From the human T2T-CHM13v2.0 reference genome, Homo sapiens, in the NCBI RefSeq assembly GCF_009914755.1, contig NC_060935.1: a stretch of DNA of 64,000 nucleotides; one strand, written 5' to 3'. The notes beneath the pieces were generated by a model, which saw only the letters and a list, made by a program, of their open reading frames with translations, ran no database searches and was not told the origin of the DNA. Position numbers and translations under genes: made by a program. The first letter of the stretch is position 1; every line of letters begins with the position of its first letter. Below are positions 36,601 to 49,894 of the stretch, in pieces.

Positions 36601-36799
36601 TCTTGAAAGGGCCCAAAAGCAGGTCCTACATAGAGTACCTGGAAGAAGCAAGGCTATTCCCTTGGGACCAGGAGACCTTAGGGTTGATGACAGCTCTCTG
36701 CAAATACTGAAAGCCTGCTTCTCCCCATAATTTTGGAAGGAGAGAAAGAGCAGTGGGTGAAGTTACAGGTAGGCAAGCAGGGTTGACATAATAGATGGC

Positions 36800-37136
36800 T
36801 CTTACGGACTGAATGTTCCCCTCCAATCATATGCTGATATCCTCATCCTCAATGTGATGGTTTCAGGAGGTTGGGCTTTCAGGAGGGTGGCGCCCTCATG
36901 ATGAAATTAATGCCCTTACAAGAGAGGAAAACATGAGATCTTTCTTTTTCTCTTACCATATGAGGCCACAGGAAGACAGCCATCTAAGAAGCTGAAAAAG
37001 AGCCCTTGCCAAGAACCCAACCATGCTGGCATACTTATCTCAACTTCCAGCCTCGAGAACTGTGACAACTGCATGTTTCTTGTTTAGGCCACCCAGCTTA
37101 TGGTAATTTGTTATAGCTGCCCAGACTGACTAATAC
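36800..37136 (+). mobile_element. MLT1A-type MaLR LTR
   Basis: GGACTGAATGTTCCCC..AATGTGATGG..CTTCCAGCCTCGAGAACTGTGA..GCCACCCAG..TTTGTTATAGC. Confidence 0.85.
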
Positions 37137-37681
37137 CATGGCCAATATAAGGTCTTCTTAGACAGACAGAATCTAACTGAACAGACTGTCCTGGGGTTGG
37201 TGAGCTTCTCATCTACGAATAAACATAAGCAAATGCTAGAAAATCCCTCTGCCAATATGTTGTAGAGACAAAATCAGAATAGAGAGAGAGAGAATGGATT
37301 AGATGACCATCTACTATAAACACAGGGATGGGGAAGGCACTTGCTGCATACGGCCTCAAAGCACAAGCATCTTTAGGCTGAAAAGGGAAGGCTGAGATGC
37401 ATGTGTCCAAACTCTCTGAATGTTAAAAAAAAAATAAGTAAAATAAACAAGGCTGGAATGTGAAGATGTCAAAGAGAAAATAATGGATTTGGAAGATCAG
37501 GTGAACAGAAAAAACTCAATAGGGAGAGGAACAACTTTCTGAAAAGAACAGGAAAATAGAAAGTTAGGAGAAAAGAGACAGGAAGGCAACCCCAGTGTGA
37601 ACAATTAAATTGTCTTCCCCGGGGCAATACTGGAGAGAGGGTTGGGAAAGACCAGGGCCTGATAGAAAGCAGACTAGACTA

Positions 37682-38130
37682 GTATATTCATTCTCTAGGA
37701 CTGCCATGACAAATTATCACAAACTGCATGACTTACAGCAACAGATATTCATTCTTCTACAGTTCTAGAGGCCAGAAAGCCAAAACTAAGGAGTCAATAG
37801 AGTCACACTTATTCCAGAGGCTCTAGGAGAGAATCTTCCAGTCTCTTCCAACCCAGGCAGTTATCAGCGATCCTTGTGGCTGCAGTGCTCCAACCTCTGT
37901 CTCCATCTTCACATGGCTTCCCTTCTTTTCTGGCTGTATGTTCTTCTCTTCTGCCTCTTATGAGGACACTTGTCATTGGGTTTAGGGTCCACATAAGGTA
38001 GTACAGGATGATCTTATCCTGAGATTTTAAACTTAATTATTAAAATCTTAACCCTTTTTCCAAATAAAATCACAATCACAGATTCTGAGCAGGCCTACCA
38101 CTTGTAGGGGCCACCATTCAACCCATTACA
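37682..38130 (-). mobile_element. MLT1C-type MaLR LTR
   Basis: AGTTCTAGAGGCCAGAA..GGCTCTAGGAGAGAATC..TCATTGGGTTTAGGG..CCATTCAACCCATTACA. Confidence 0.85.
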
Positions 38131-38860
38131 ACAGGCAACCAGCCAGAGTTGAGGACACCACAGGAGGATATCAAGGTAGGCCGTGGTGGCTGAGAGGAGA
38201 GAGGCTGACCTCAGGCAGAGCTAAGGCAAACTCACTGGCTTCTTCCAAAATTTAGCATCCACAATGAATGCCCAGGATAGGGTAAAAAGTGGAAGTGTCT
38301 TGTGTACTTTTGCATGTTCCTGAGGATGAGAAATAAAATGTCACGGATTACAAATGAATTTTGAAGACTGAAGTCACTCCAGAATTCTCAGAATTCATCT
38401 CTTGATGAGCTTTGTAATGTTAGATACATATTTACCTCCTAATCAAATATTAAATCTAATATAACTTCTGGTAAAAAGTGTTCATTTGTGTTTCAGATTT
38501 CCCAGGAGTGTTGGTAAATAACATATGCTAAGACAGTAATTATGTGGCCAATCCATTAGAAATCTCACAGAAAGCACCCACCCATATAATCAATTATCAA
38601 TGTTAATGTGAACAGCCACATTCACCAGAGAGTTGGGTGAAGGAAATCACTCTAAAACTTCATGGTTCAGCAAGCCCACAGTGTCTGAAGAATGGTTCCA
38701 TCTACCCTGATTGTGAAGTCCCCTATTGTACAATATCCTATTTTGGCACTAAACTGAACCTGATGGTTGTGCTGCCATCCTTGTCATCACCACTCCAATT
38801 GAGGACACCCTCATCACCACTGTTAACCAACTCCCTTAATACAATGAGTGTGGTGGGGCC

Positions 38861-38950
38861 GCTGAAGGCAGGCAAAGACAGCTGTGATGTGCTGAAGGCA
38901 GGCAAAGACAGCTGTGATGTGCTGAAGGCAGGCAAAGACAGCTGTGATGT
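38861..38950. repeat. Perfect tandem repeat, 3 x 30 bp
   Basis: (GCTGAAGGCAGGCAAAGACAGCTGTGATGT)x3. Confidence 0.98.
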
Positions 38951-38967
38951 GGTGAAAGGACTCCTAG

Positions 38968-39396
<429 letters not shown>

Positions 39397-41629
39397 TGAG
39401 AGGCGAAGTCATATACCCAAGTTCTCAAAAATCTGAGTCTTTCTTGACTTCAATATTCTTTCTTTGTGTAGCTTTGCTAGAGCACACAGGATGATAATGA
39501 GTTCACGCTGGGCCTGTGTCCTGGTAACCAACTCAGTCTGCAGGTTCAGGTCATACTCTCGGTTGGTCTGTCCTAAGCACATCTATGAAGTGGTTGCTAA
39601 GGGAGATTCCTATTACAAATGTCACATACAAGCAAGCCAAAAGAGGCAATGCAGTTAATTATTCTGATAAGTTGGCTGATTTCAGAAGATGAGAAAGTTA
39701 GAGTATTTTTAAATATCTAAGGAGGTAAGATAACCTGTAGGATGTAGAGAAAGAACACTGCCTAGAAGTCCAGGAACTCTTCTTTTTCCAGACCTGGCTC
39801 TGCAGGATTTAGGACCAGCTATGGTTTGAACATTCTTATCTTAATGGTATTCTAAAAGCTCCTTTTACCTCATGGCCCCCACAATTGCAGAGAGGCCCAG
39901 AAATTTCCCACTGAGTTTATTGTTTAGGGAACTGCCATTTGGTCCCAAGTTAACTTGTCTTTACTTTTTTTTTCTTTTTTTTCTACATTTTACAATTTCT
40001 TGTCTTTGGTCCTTTGTCCATCCAGCTCCTCTTTGTAATTAACCCTTTTTTGTGTCTCTGGGGGAGGCAGACCAGCCCTTTACAGGCCTCTAATGACACC
40101 TACTTTGCCTCCCACTGAGCCGCAGGAGATAATGGCCTGGAAAGCTCTCTCAGCAGCACATGGGCCTCTCCCTCCCAGCCTCTGTGTGCCCCAGCACTGG
40201 GCAAAGTTTTATATTCATAGACACTCAGTTTAGAAAACGACACAAAGGCAGACAGCTTAGCCTGTTGTGTCTAAAAGACATAACACCATGTAAGTGTCTT
40301 CCTGTCCCTGAAGCCGAATGTTCATGAAGTAAGCTCAAGGCTCTTCTCTTCGACTCCCTGGGAGGTTCAGGTCAACCTTGACTAACCAAAGTGTTGAGGA
40401 AGGGGGAAGAGAGAGGAGGACAGTTATAAGTAATTGGAAAGTTCTACCTTACTGAAAGTTAACCAAAAGAGCTTTTTTTCCCTAGCCTGTATTTCAGCCT
40501 TTTTCTTGAAACAGTGAAATCTCAGTTTTGTGTTAGGGTAGACTGGTGAACATAGTTGTTGTTCTCTTCTCAACTTCTTCAAGAAGGGATAGTTGAATCT
40601 TCCTCTGTGTTCCCAGGACTCTGGGTTCAATTCCATTAGCCCTTAGCTCAGGCTATTAGGGGTTCTCTTTTGTATCCGTTGTCATTCCTCCACACCTAGA
40701 GAGCAGGAACTACGTCATATTCATGTACCTAAAGCAGCTTGTTTTGGCCCAGCCATTTTGGCCATAAGGATATTTGACCCAAATTTTATCTCCTCCATTT
40801 GCTACTTGCATAGCCAATGACACAGTAAGAACACAGTAGACAAAGAGATGAGAGGCAGACAGACAGACTAGACTGGCCATGCAATAGACCAGTCCAGAGT
40901 AAGAAAGCAATTCTGGAACCCCAAGCGGAATTGTTCACTACTTCCTCTAGGATCAGCTATAAATAATTATTAACTATTTTATCTGAGTCTTAATGAATAC
41001 TACCTGTAGAATAATTAACATAAAATATTATAGAATGAACAATAAATAACATTTAGATATGCACAATTTGACCCAGAAAAATTGAACTTTATGGAAGTAA
41101 TGGCTAGAAGAAAACAAAAACTCACCTAAGCCATATCTATTATCAATATAATTTGATATGAATCAACAGATCTCTACTGCAAAATTTTCAGGGCAAAAAA
41201 CTTAAAAAAAACCCATTATTTTAGTGATATAAAATTAAGACTAAAATAATGGAGATGGTTTAATAGTTTAACTACAAAATATATTGAGGATTTGAATTCT
41301 TAGGGGCTTTTGGGACTGGAAAATATTTTCACAATAGAAAGTTATCAGCATTAGCATTTAAATATTTATAGTTTAAAATTCCTGGATGCAGATGGCAGGT
41401 CTGAACATCCTCCACCCTCATTATCTTCAGTGCATTGCACTGGAACTCAGTTCATGGAAAAGGGTTTTTTCTGTCTTTTAAACATTTTGCATTTCTGTAT
41501 TATTTGAAATTTTCACAGCAAGCAGGTATTAGTTTTACAATTAGTTCAATAAAAGATGTTCAAAATGTTAAATGGATAAAATCATGAATAAGTGGCATGA
41601 ACTGTGATGAGTCTGAGCCTGGTTTAAAA

Positions 41630-42032
41630 GTGTGCCTTTATCCTACTTGTGAGCTAACAAGTGAGGAGTTAGGCTGCCATAATTTCATGGATCCTGGTAG
41701 AAGATAAGAGAATTCAGTAGCAGCAGTCAGTGTATTCTCATTTGCATCATTTTCCTGAGCCCCACTTCCCACAGGACACGGCAAAGTGGGCCAGATGATG
41801 CATGTACACATATTGGAGTGAGTCACCAGAGAGGGACCCCTAGTTTAGGGAACCCAGATATTTTATAATGGACAGTAAGCTTGCCTGAATTTTGTTTGAG
41901 GGAGGCACTGTCTTCCAAACTGTTAGCTATACAAACACCCTTGAAAAGATAGTCCAGAACAAAGGCAGCCAGTGCCTCTGCTGGCAAGACATGCAAAGAT
42001 GCAAGATATCCCTGGAGAATTGCCTTCCAATG
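41630..42032 (-). mobile_element. ERVL LTR (LTR40a-like)
   Basis: TATACAAACACCCTTGAAAAGATAGTCCAGAACAAAGGCAGCCAGTGCCTCTGCT..TGGAGAATTG. Confidence 0.8.
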
Positions 42033-42038
42033 ACGAGC

Positions 42039-42088
42039 TGATAGGTAAACTTAAATCTCTCTGTGATAGGTAAACTTAAATCTCTCTG
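42039..42088. repeat. Perfect 25-bp tandem duplication
   Basis: (TGATAGGTAAACTTAAATCTCTCTG)x2. Confidence 0.97.
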
Positions 42089-42321
42089 TGTTAACTCTCA
42101 CAGGTCTTCAGACCAGCCCTCCCATGCTCTGATTATTAAATTTCAGAGCTAAAGATGGAGAAAGAGCAAAAGACTGGCACAAATATTTTTTGGGGAAAGC
42201 CCCTATTTAAATTTCTATGGCTGCATCTATTTTATGCCTATATTGTCTTTGAATGGGAAACTTAACCATGGGCATTGCATTCTACTTTGAAGAGATTTAA
42301 CTGTGCCAAGAATAGACAGAT

Positions 42322-42900
42322 TATTCATGAACAAAAACCTATCAAGGGCTAATTATGTGCCAGGTGCTATTTTAGGTAAAGCCACCACATTGAAATCTAT
42401 CATTATACTGTACATGAATGCTCCCTCCTAAAGTTGGGCAACATCTTAGCCCAGGGTTCTAGATGCTAGAAATGCAAAGCTTAACAAAAATGACCAAATT
42501 TCCTGCCTCTCTGGAGCTTATATCCCAATGTACAGAGACATACAATCAATGTTTAAAATATAAGTAAAATAGTATGACAGACGATGATAAATGCTATGGG
42601 AAAAAAATTAAGCTGGGAAGAGGATGGGGGTGGTGATGTCGGGTACTTTTATAGGGATGATCAGAGAAGGCCTCACTGAGAAGGCCACATTTGGGCAAAG
42701 ACCTAAAGGATGAGGGATCAGGCCATGCAGGTGTCTGGTATAAGATTGTCTCAGGTAGAGGGAATAGCCCTGAGTCTGTAGCTTGGCTAGTGTATTCAAG
42801 GAATAACAAAAAGGCCATTGTGGTTGAAGTGGGGAAAGTAGTAGGAGAAGAGGTCAGGCAAGTACTGGCCTAGTCATACAGTAAGGCCATTGTGAAGACA
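42322..42900 (-). mobile_element. L2 (L2a-like)
   Basis: TATGTGCCAGGTGCT..CCTGCCTCTCTGGAGCTTATAT..TCAGAGAAGGCCTCACTGAGAAGG..CATTTGGGCAAAGACCT. Confidence 0.85.
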
Positions 42901-45154
42901 TGCAGAAGCAACAAGGCTCTGAAACTGGCCATTGGGGCAGAGAAAGGTATTGAGTTGACTCAGTCTATTCAGTACTGAATGCACATGTTGAGGCTCTTCA
43001 GGGAGTGCATGATCACGTACAGAGTGCATATGGAAACCATAAAGAAGATCCTCCAAGCCCTTTCTTGAACTGGGCATCACTGCTGGTTAGAGATGGAAGG
43101 GAAGTTGGAAAGTCATAGATTGGAACTCAGAAAACCAGAGAAGAACCTAGTTGCTCAAGATCACATTGGGATTAGTGAGAAAAACAGGTCTAGAATCGAG
43201 GATTCTTGGGGCACAGTTCAGTGATCTTTCCTCAGTCTCTCTCCACTCCATAATTTGAACCATAATATTACATGGTCAATCTCTTCACAGGATTGTTTTG
43301 AGAAGTAACTCTAATCTACCCTGAGATGAATTACATCAGTGAGTACCACTGAGACAGAGTCAGACACATCTTGGATGCCCACTGGCCTGGGGCAGGGAAC
43401 ACATGCATGGAGAGAAGGGGAATGTAAGGAGGAGGGAGGGAGGAAAACAAATGGAAGAGGATGACAGCATGACACTTGTTGGGGATCTTGGGCACCCAGT
43501 CTAGCTAATGGAACTTTGGTCTAAGCTGCATGGAGAGAGGACCTGCAGGCAGAAGACAGGGGAATGTTCAGAGGAATTTGATAGAACATGGTCTGTAACC
43601 AGCACAGTCTGTGACTCAGGCAATACAGAGGTGGGTGGAAGAAGGAAGAAAAGACATCTTTCTACCTGGAGCACAGTCATGTTCCAATGAACATGAACAT
43701 GAAGGGTGGCAGATTGACAGCCATTTGGGGATCTAGCCCTAGTCACTGATGCCAGAGCTCTAATGACTGACATGGTCAGAAGAGCAGGATGAGAAGACCC
43801 TAACACAGGATGCATGGTAACAAGTCAATCAGCTGGCTTGGGACCTGCTGGATAAGCATCCTGAGGACCTCCAAACAGGACCAGGGAGCTCTGCAGGATG
43901 AAACATGAGCTATGATCATCACAGGACCCCCATCTAGGCCCATAGGCTGGAGAGACCCTAGACAAAATTGAAATATACCTGCAAAGTGCCTGACACAGAG
44001 TAGATGCTCAAACTAATTGTCTCTTTGAACCCAGTACTTATTGAACTTGCAAAGCAGGGCCCAGACAAAAGTCCATTCAGTTGGAGTGACTGTGAGTAAA
44101 TTCCACAGAAAGATTCTTTGAGGGTCCTTGGTGAGGAGGAGGAGGATTACAAATCTTGGGGATTATAGTCTTCCCTCAATGGTTGAGAATGACCCCCAAG
44201 ATTGGCAGATGTGTGTCTGGTGTGTGTGCCTGTGAATGCGTATGTGCCAGGCTTACATGATTAGTAGGAGGGGGGATTAGAAAAGAGAAAGACAGTAAAT
44301 AAAGAGGGGCAGTTGAGGTAGCCTAGAAGACCAGACTGGATCCAAGGCATGGGGACCACCCACCCATTGGGAGGACATGTCCAGGCTCTTGAGGCACGTT
44401 GTCTAGTGTGAGCTGGAAAGGAAGTAAAAGGAAGCTGGAGGCTCTCCATTCAATCTCAGGCCAGGCAACTAATCATTTCTGATATGGGCCAGAGTTCTGC
44501 CAATAATTGCTAGGCTTATCCTCACTTTCAAAAAAAAAAAAAAAATTTCTAACATCTGTTCCAGATTTCTTTTTGACTTCAGGCCGGCCTTGATCCCATT
44601 ATCCTTGAGCATTTGACACTAGCGATGGGAGCTGGTAGGGCTTAATGGTGAAGCTCCTCACAGGGATCCCCCTGGACCCATCCCAGCTCCCTCACTCTTA
44701 AGAAAGGGCTACCAGGCCCCTCTGCCTCACTTGACAGGCCAGGAGAGGGACTTCTCCTGCAGATGGGACTGTCATTGATGCTCCAACGCCAGCCTTGGAA
44801 CCCCCACTGGGTGCCTCTGTTCACATCAGCACCACCCCCCTCTATTTCTAGTCTTTAGAAATTACCTTAATGTCCTGTTGCCATCTCCTCTCTTCCAGTC
44901 TTTTAAGTTCCTCTAAGAGTCTCAGAGTCTTGCTTTGCAAACTGATGTCTTGGTCCCCAACTCCAACTCCTTGGCCTCTCAGTGGGAAGCAATTGCACCT
45001 GCCCAGTCCCTTTTATCTAAGTCAGCCTTCAGCTCCCATGCCTCACTCTTCTGTGCAAGGGGTTCAGATGGATTTCTATAATAACTAGTCATATCTCTTT
45101 TCTCCATCTGAGTTAGAGTCAATTAAGAAATAGGATACTGGAGTCAGGCAAATA

Positions 45155-45552
45155 GTGTGAATTTGGATAATTCAGCAGCTATTCATTCCCCTCTCTGTCT
45201 ATTGGACTGGACAGAGCAGATTTCCCTGGGCCACTGAGGCTGTGCTTGGCCCCATGACTTTCTTTGGCCAGTGGAATGTCTGCAAATGTGACACAAGAAG
45301 AGGCCATCACTGTGCTCGAGCAGTTTAGCTTGGCGTTTGTTCTAGGTGGCCCACTGGTCCTGGAGGAAGAAAAGATAAATGAGGCAGACGTGAAACTCAG
45401 TTCACAAGCTTTGAGCTGGTCCCAGCTGAGCCCAGCCTAAATCAGCCAAAGGCCACATAACCCATAGACACATGAACAAGAAGAAATGATTGTTGTTTTA
45501 AACCACTAAGTTACAGGGTGTATAGAACTATTATAGCAACAAGTAAGAGATA
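45155..45552 (+). mobile_element. Old MaLR LTR (MLT1I/J-like)
   Basis: CATGACTTTCTTTGGCCAGTGGAATGT..CCCAGCTGAGCCCAGCCTAAATCAGCC..TTGTTGTTTTAAACCACTAAG. Confidence 0.75.
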
Positions 45553-46169
45553 TGGATGGTGGTCCAAAAACTAGATTCATGACTGATAAGGCTGTCTGGG
45601 CAATCCTGACATCCTCCCCCACAGCTACACCTGTCTCTCTGTCACACTCATCACTCATGACTGTGCCCTGAATGGTGGCATACAGCCAAACACACCCAAA
45701 GCTCCATCCAACCAGCAGTCATGCCCAGAGAAGTGCAAGATGCTGTGCATTGGATCCTTAGATAATCGGGGGCTTACACCCTTTACATTTCCACCTTTGT
45801 TGCTAAAAACCTCTGTGAAATAGGACCATCCACTTCCTTGATTTAGCATTGCCAAGGCCACAGCGTCAAGGCCAAGACTGAATGTTGGTGTAGGGATAGG
45901 TGTTGCAGATGGGGCTGTGCTGACCCTGGACCTCTCCTGAATGACTTTTTCTAGTTATTGCTGTTTGCTTCAATGGACTCCCGGATCTCAATTTGATTTG
46001 TGATCATTTGGCTTTCAACTGAGAGGTAACATGGAGGGGGGAAAAGCAAATCACTAAGGAATCCACTATTTTGTTTCTAGCACATGGAGGTTTTTCTGCA
46101 AAAGTAATGGAAAAGATCTCCTTGTAAGTCAGTAAGCCATGATGACCCTGTGGTTTCCTGGGGGTGCCC

Positions 46170-46730
46170 TCTCTGAACCTGGGCAGGTCATTCACCTCTC
46201 TCAGCTTTTTTCTTACTCTCCTCTTCCCAAATATGGAGATAATGACAATCCCCCCGCCTCCCTCACAGAGCTGTGCTGAGCTGCAAATGACATAAAGTCA
46301 GATTGTGAAAGCACCTGAAAAATCCTAACACCTGGCACATGCAAAACAGTACAACAATTCTCACTCTGGCAACCTTGTTCTCACTTTAAGACAGTCAACA
46401 AATTTAAACGTAACTTCATTGGATCATACTTCTTTAACAAGAATGTCTGTCCCAGTCTTCATTCTTCTTAAAAGAACTGGTCTTTCTATTCTTGGTATGT
46501 TCAAAAGAACACAGGCTTTGAAGTTAGAAAGATGTGAGTTCAAATCCTAATTCAAGTATTTATAGCTGCGCAACCATGGGCAAGTCAGGTAATCTCATTG
46601 AGCCTGAATTTCCTTGTCTGTAAAATGGGTATAGTAATAAACATCTCTTCAGATTGCTGTGAAGGTCAAAACAGACGTTGGTGTCACAGCACCTTATGAA
46701 TGAAAACGTGATGTACAGGGGTTGGATCTC
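46170..46730 (+). mobile_element. Two MIRs (~46170-46350 and ~46505-46730)
   Basis: CCTGGGCAGGTCATTCACCTCTCT; GTTCAAATCCT..GGGCAAGTCA..TGAGCCTGAATTTCC..CTGTAAAATGGG. Confidence 0.75.
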
Positions 46731-47069
46731 ATCATTATAATTTTTCAAGCAATGGTTGAGACCTAATACATATAAAGGGGCTATGTTTGATGCTCTGTAT
46801 GACCCGGATCAGGCAGTATGGGGACACCTTGTGCTGTTTTCCCTGGAACCTCTGCTCTTTTCCTTTGAAAGTGACTTCTACAATCAGGAAGTGCTCTTTC
46901 TCTCCTCAGCAGCCGCAACTGAAAGGAGAAAACGGCAAGAGAGAGAGAGGCGGGAGGAAGGAACTGAAGACTCCTGAGGTGGCTGCAGCACTGCCCTGGC
47001 TTCCAGAAAGCTCTCGAGCATGCTGGGTCTCCTCAGGGACCAAGAAGACGAGGTGCGGAAGCTGCTGCT

Positions 47070-47410
47070 GGGTAACAGCCTTAGTCATAAAAGTAACACT
47101 GTGAAAAATCCATTTTGTGGGTAACAATGAGAAGTTAATACAAAGACTCATTGCCCTTCGTTAGTAAAAACTTTGGCAGTGACCTTCCAGGCTCCCGGGA
47201 AGCCTTTGGAGAATGCTGCTTCAACCCAGAAGCACTTCATCATTTATATGAATGAAAATGAGTGCAAACAGATTGTCGAGATGTCTGTTCACATCACCTC
47301 TTTTTTCTTGCAAGGAATCCCCTCTGTAATTACATTTTGCCTGTCAGTTCATAAATTTTTCTTATTACAAACTAGCCATTATTGATTGCTTTTTAAAAGT
47401 ACTAAAACTG
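47070..47410. promoter_or_regulatory. Candidate enhancer (HOX/CDX, SOX, MEIS, ONECUT-like motifs)
   Basis: GTCATAAAA 47084, AACAATG 47123, CTGTCAGTTCATAAA 47341, TATTGATT 47380. Confidence 0.4.
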
Positions 47411-48169
47411 GGCCCAAAGCAGTAGATCTCTCCGTAAATTCAAAACACACTGTCTTCAGTCCCAATCACTGGTGAAGAGTGAAGGGGAAAATCTCAGAGT
47501 TCACTGCGGGCTCTGCGCAGAGGCAGGCCTACCATACGTTTTGGTTTAGAGACTTGGCTTTGAGGGCTGCATGTTCTAAGCCACAATGAAAATAATAAAT
47601 AAAGGATAAACTTCTTTGGCAACCACTGACACATTGAAAGCCAACCTCCTGTCATTGTTCTTCATTGGGTCCCACTGCTCAAAGTGTTCTATTTGGGTTT
47701 TTGGCACTTACGACCAAACATCGTAATGAGCAGAGGGGGAACGATGGTGGAGGGAGTGAGAGAAGATAATAAAGACTTGGAGTCAGAGTTTCTGAGTCAC
47801 CAGTAGAACGTTTTCCTAAATGTTCCTTTTAAAAGGAGATGGGGTGGCTCTATATTTAGACTTATCTGGTAAAAATGTGAGAGGAGCAAAATCTCAGGGG
47901 ATTTTCATGTTCTGGGAAAAGAATGGGAGTTTCTCATTGTTCACAATTTGAGGGAAGTTTCTAGAACCTTTACTGGTTACAAGCAAAAGAACATATCAGC
48001 AGAAGACACTTAGATTCCAGGCCTCTGCTTTGCGGTGAAGGTCTGACCAGGGGGATCACAGGCCAGCACCCCCAACCCTCTCGTCCAGACTTCTGAATAC
48101 AGTGTCTTTAAAAATCATGGCAGGCTGCCATCCCCCAAAACCCACCCCTTTAACCTGCAACTATGGAGA

Positions 48170-48600
48170 ATGAGTCGGGGGGAAAGCAAATGAAAATCTG
48201 AACGTGTGTGATCAGTTCCTGATTGGAGCTGGATGGAATCAAGTAATCAAAGCAAGCCACAGCGCGGCCTGCGTCGGGCTGCCAATCTTGGACTGCTCGC
48301 TCACTAAAAGCAGGCAGCGGCTACCGATCTGGCCAGGAAACAATGCCCCATTCAGCTCTCAGAATCTGTTCTTAATATCAAGACGAGAAACCGGGGTCTC
48401 TATTGGTGAGGAAGCGACGTCTGGGCCAAGGAGAGCAATTACACCTTAACCAACCAAGTGAACAAAATGGGAGACATAAAAACATTTTTAAAGTGGAAAT
48501 AATTTAAGGGCCTTCTAAATATCTTAACAGCACACTTGGCCATGCTTGGGATTAGGAAGCGATATTTTACATTAGGCAGCAGGCCTTTTGTTTTGTGTGC
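48170..48600. promoter_or_regulatory. Candidate regulatory element with retained CpGs
   Basis: CpG cluster; CCAAT motifs; ATCAAAG 48246; AACAATG-CCC-CATTCA 48339-48354. Confidence 0.4.
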
Positions 48601-49194
48601 GTGTGTTTTTCTTTTTAGCCAGGGATCTGCAGAGAGGACTGCGTTCTGTCAAAGTGTGGCACTCTTCTTGAACCCCTGCAGGGGATGCCCATCCCAAGCA
48701 TTCAACAAGTAGTCAGAGAAGTCCAAGATGAAACAGACCAGTCAGGGTGCCTGTCTTGGGAGCTTTGAAGCATACCCTTTCCACCCCTCAACCACCAGGA
48801 GTCTTGGTTTATGGGAGAGGGCTGCCCTCAGAGTAAAACCCCAGAGATGACAAAGCTCATGAGCCCAAAGCCTTTGGCCATGGCCCCCAGAGCAGGGTGG
48901 AGCTGGAACTAGGACACCCTCTGTTTTCTGTCAGTTTCCAGATAAGATGAGAAAAGGTCGTGGCTGCTGGGAGGAGCCAGTAATCCCAGCAGAATCCCTC
49001 AGTCGGCCCTAATGTTGGCCTCTAGGCTATAAATCTGCTTCCTGTAAGAAGCAGCCCCTGCTCTGTGTCGTCAGGCGGAGGCTCCCCACTTGACTTCTGA
49101 GCAGCGCCTCTGTGCTGGGTACTGGGATCAGAGAGAAACAAGCCTGGCCTGAAGGGAGGCTGAGAATCAGAAAAAGAGATGGTGATGATGACAA

Positions 49195-49415
49195 AAGTAA
49201 TGATAACTAACATTTATACAATGCTCACCCTAGGAGCTTTACAAATAATAACTCCTTAAATCATTAACCCAGTGAGATAGGCATTATCCTCATCCTCATC
49301 TTAGAGATGATGAAACCACAGCACAGAGAGGTTAAGTAACTTGCCCAAGGCCACACAGGCAGAGTCAGAATCTGAACCCAGAACATCTTGCTCCTGGGTC
49401 CATGTTCTTAACCGG
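49195..49415 (-). mobile_element. MIR
   Basis: GCACAGAGAGGTTAAGTAACTTGCCCAAGGCCACACAG..TGAACCCAG. Confidence 0.9.
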
Positions 49416-49729
49416 GTTGCATCTAAAAATTTGAGGGTAGGAAGCAAGTTAGAAAAGACTTCCTGAAGAAGGTAACCTGTGAGCTGAGTCTTATAAGAAA
49501 AGTAGGAACTGAGGTTCCACCAGGGCTGTTCTTCTATTATTCCTGCAAATTGGGAATGAGCCTGTGAACTGCTGAGCAGCCAGGCTAACGCCTCCTGAGA
49601 CACAAGGCCCGGTCTGTTAACACTTGGGCCCCTCACAGGAGAAGAAAAATGCTTGATTCCCTCCCCTCCTGGTAATGCCAGGCCCTGGTACTGTCTACAA
49701 AGTGTGGCTCGGAGTCTACAAGATGAGAA

Positions 49730-49894
49730 CGGTGTCACTCAAAGTGTAGTCCCTGAATGGCAGCATCAGCCTCGTCTGGGAGCTTGTTAGAAATGCAAAT
49801 TCCTGGGCCTCGATCCAACCTTCCTGAAACAGAATCTACTTTTTAACAAGCCCCCCAGATGATTCCCATGCACTCACAAGTTTGGGAGGCCCTG
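49730..49894 (+). mobile_element. MER5A1-like MITE
   Basis: CTCAAAGTGTAGTCC..GCAGCATCAGC..GGGAGCTTGTTAGAAATGCAAAT..TTTTAACAAG. Confidence 0.85.

Noticed and set aside
38861-38950. 30-bp repeats as a CRISPR-like array
   Set aside because: No spacers, contiguous units and a mammalian context
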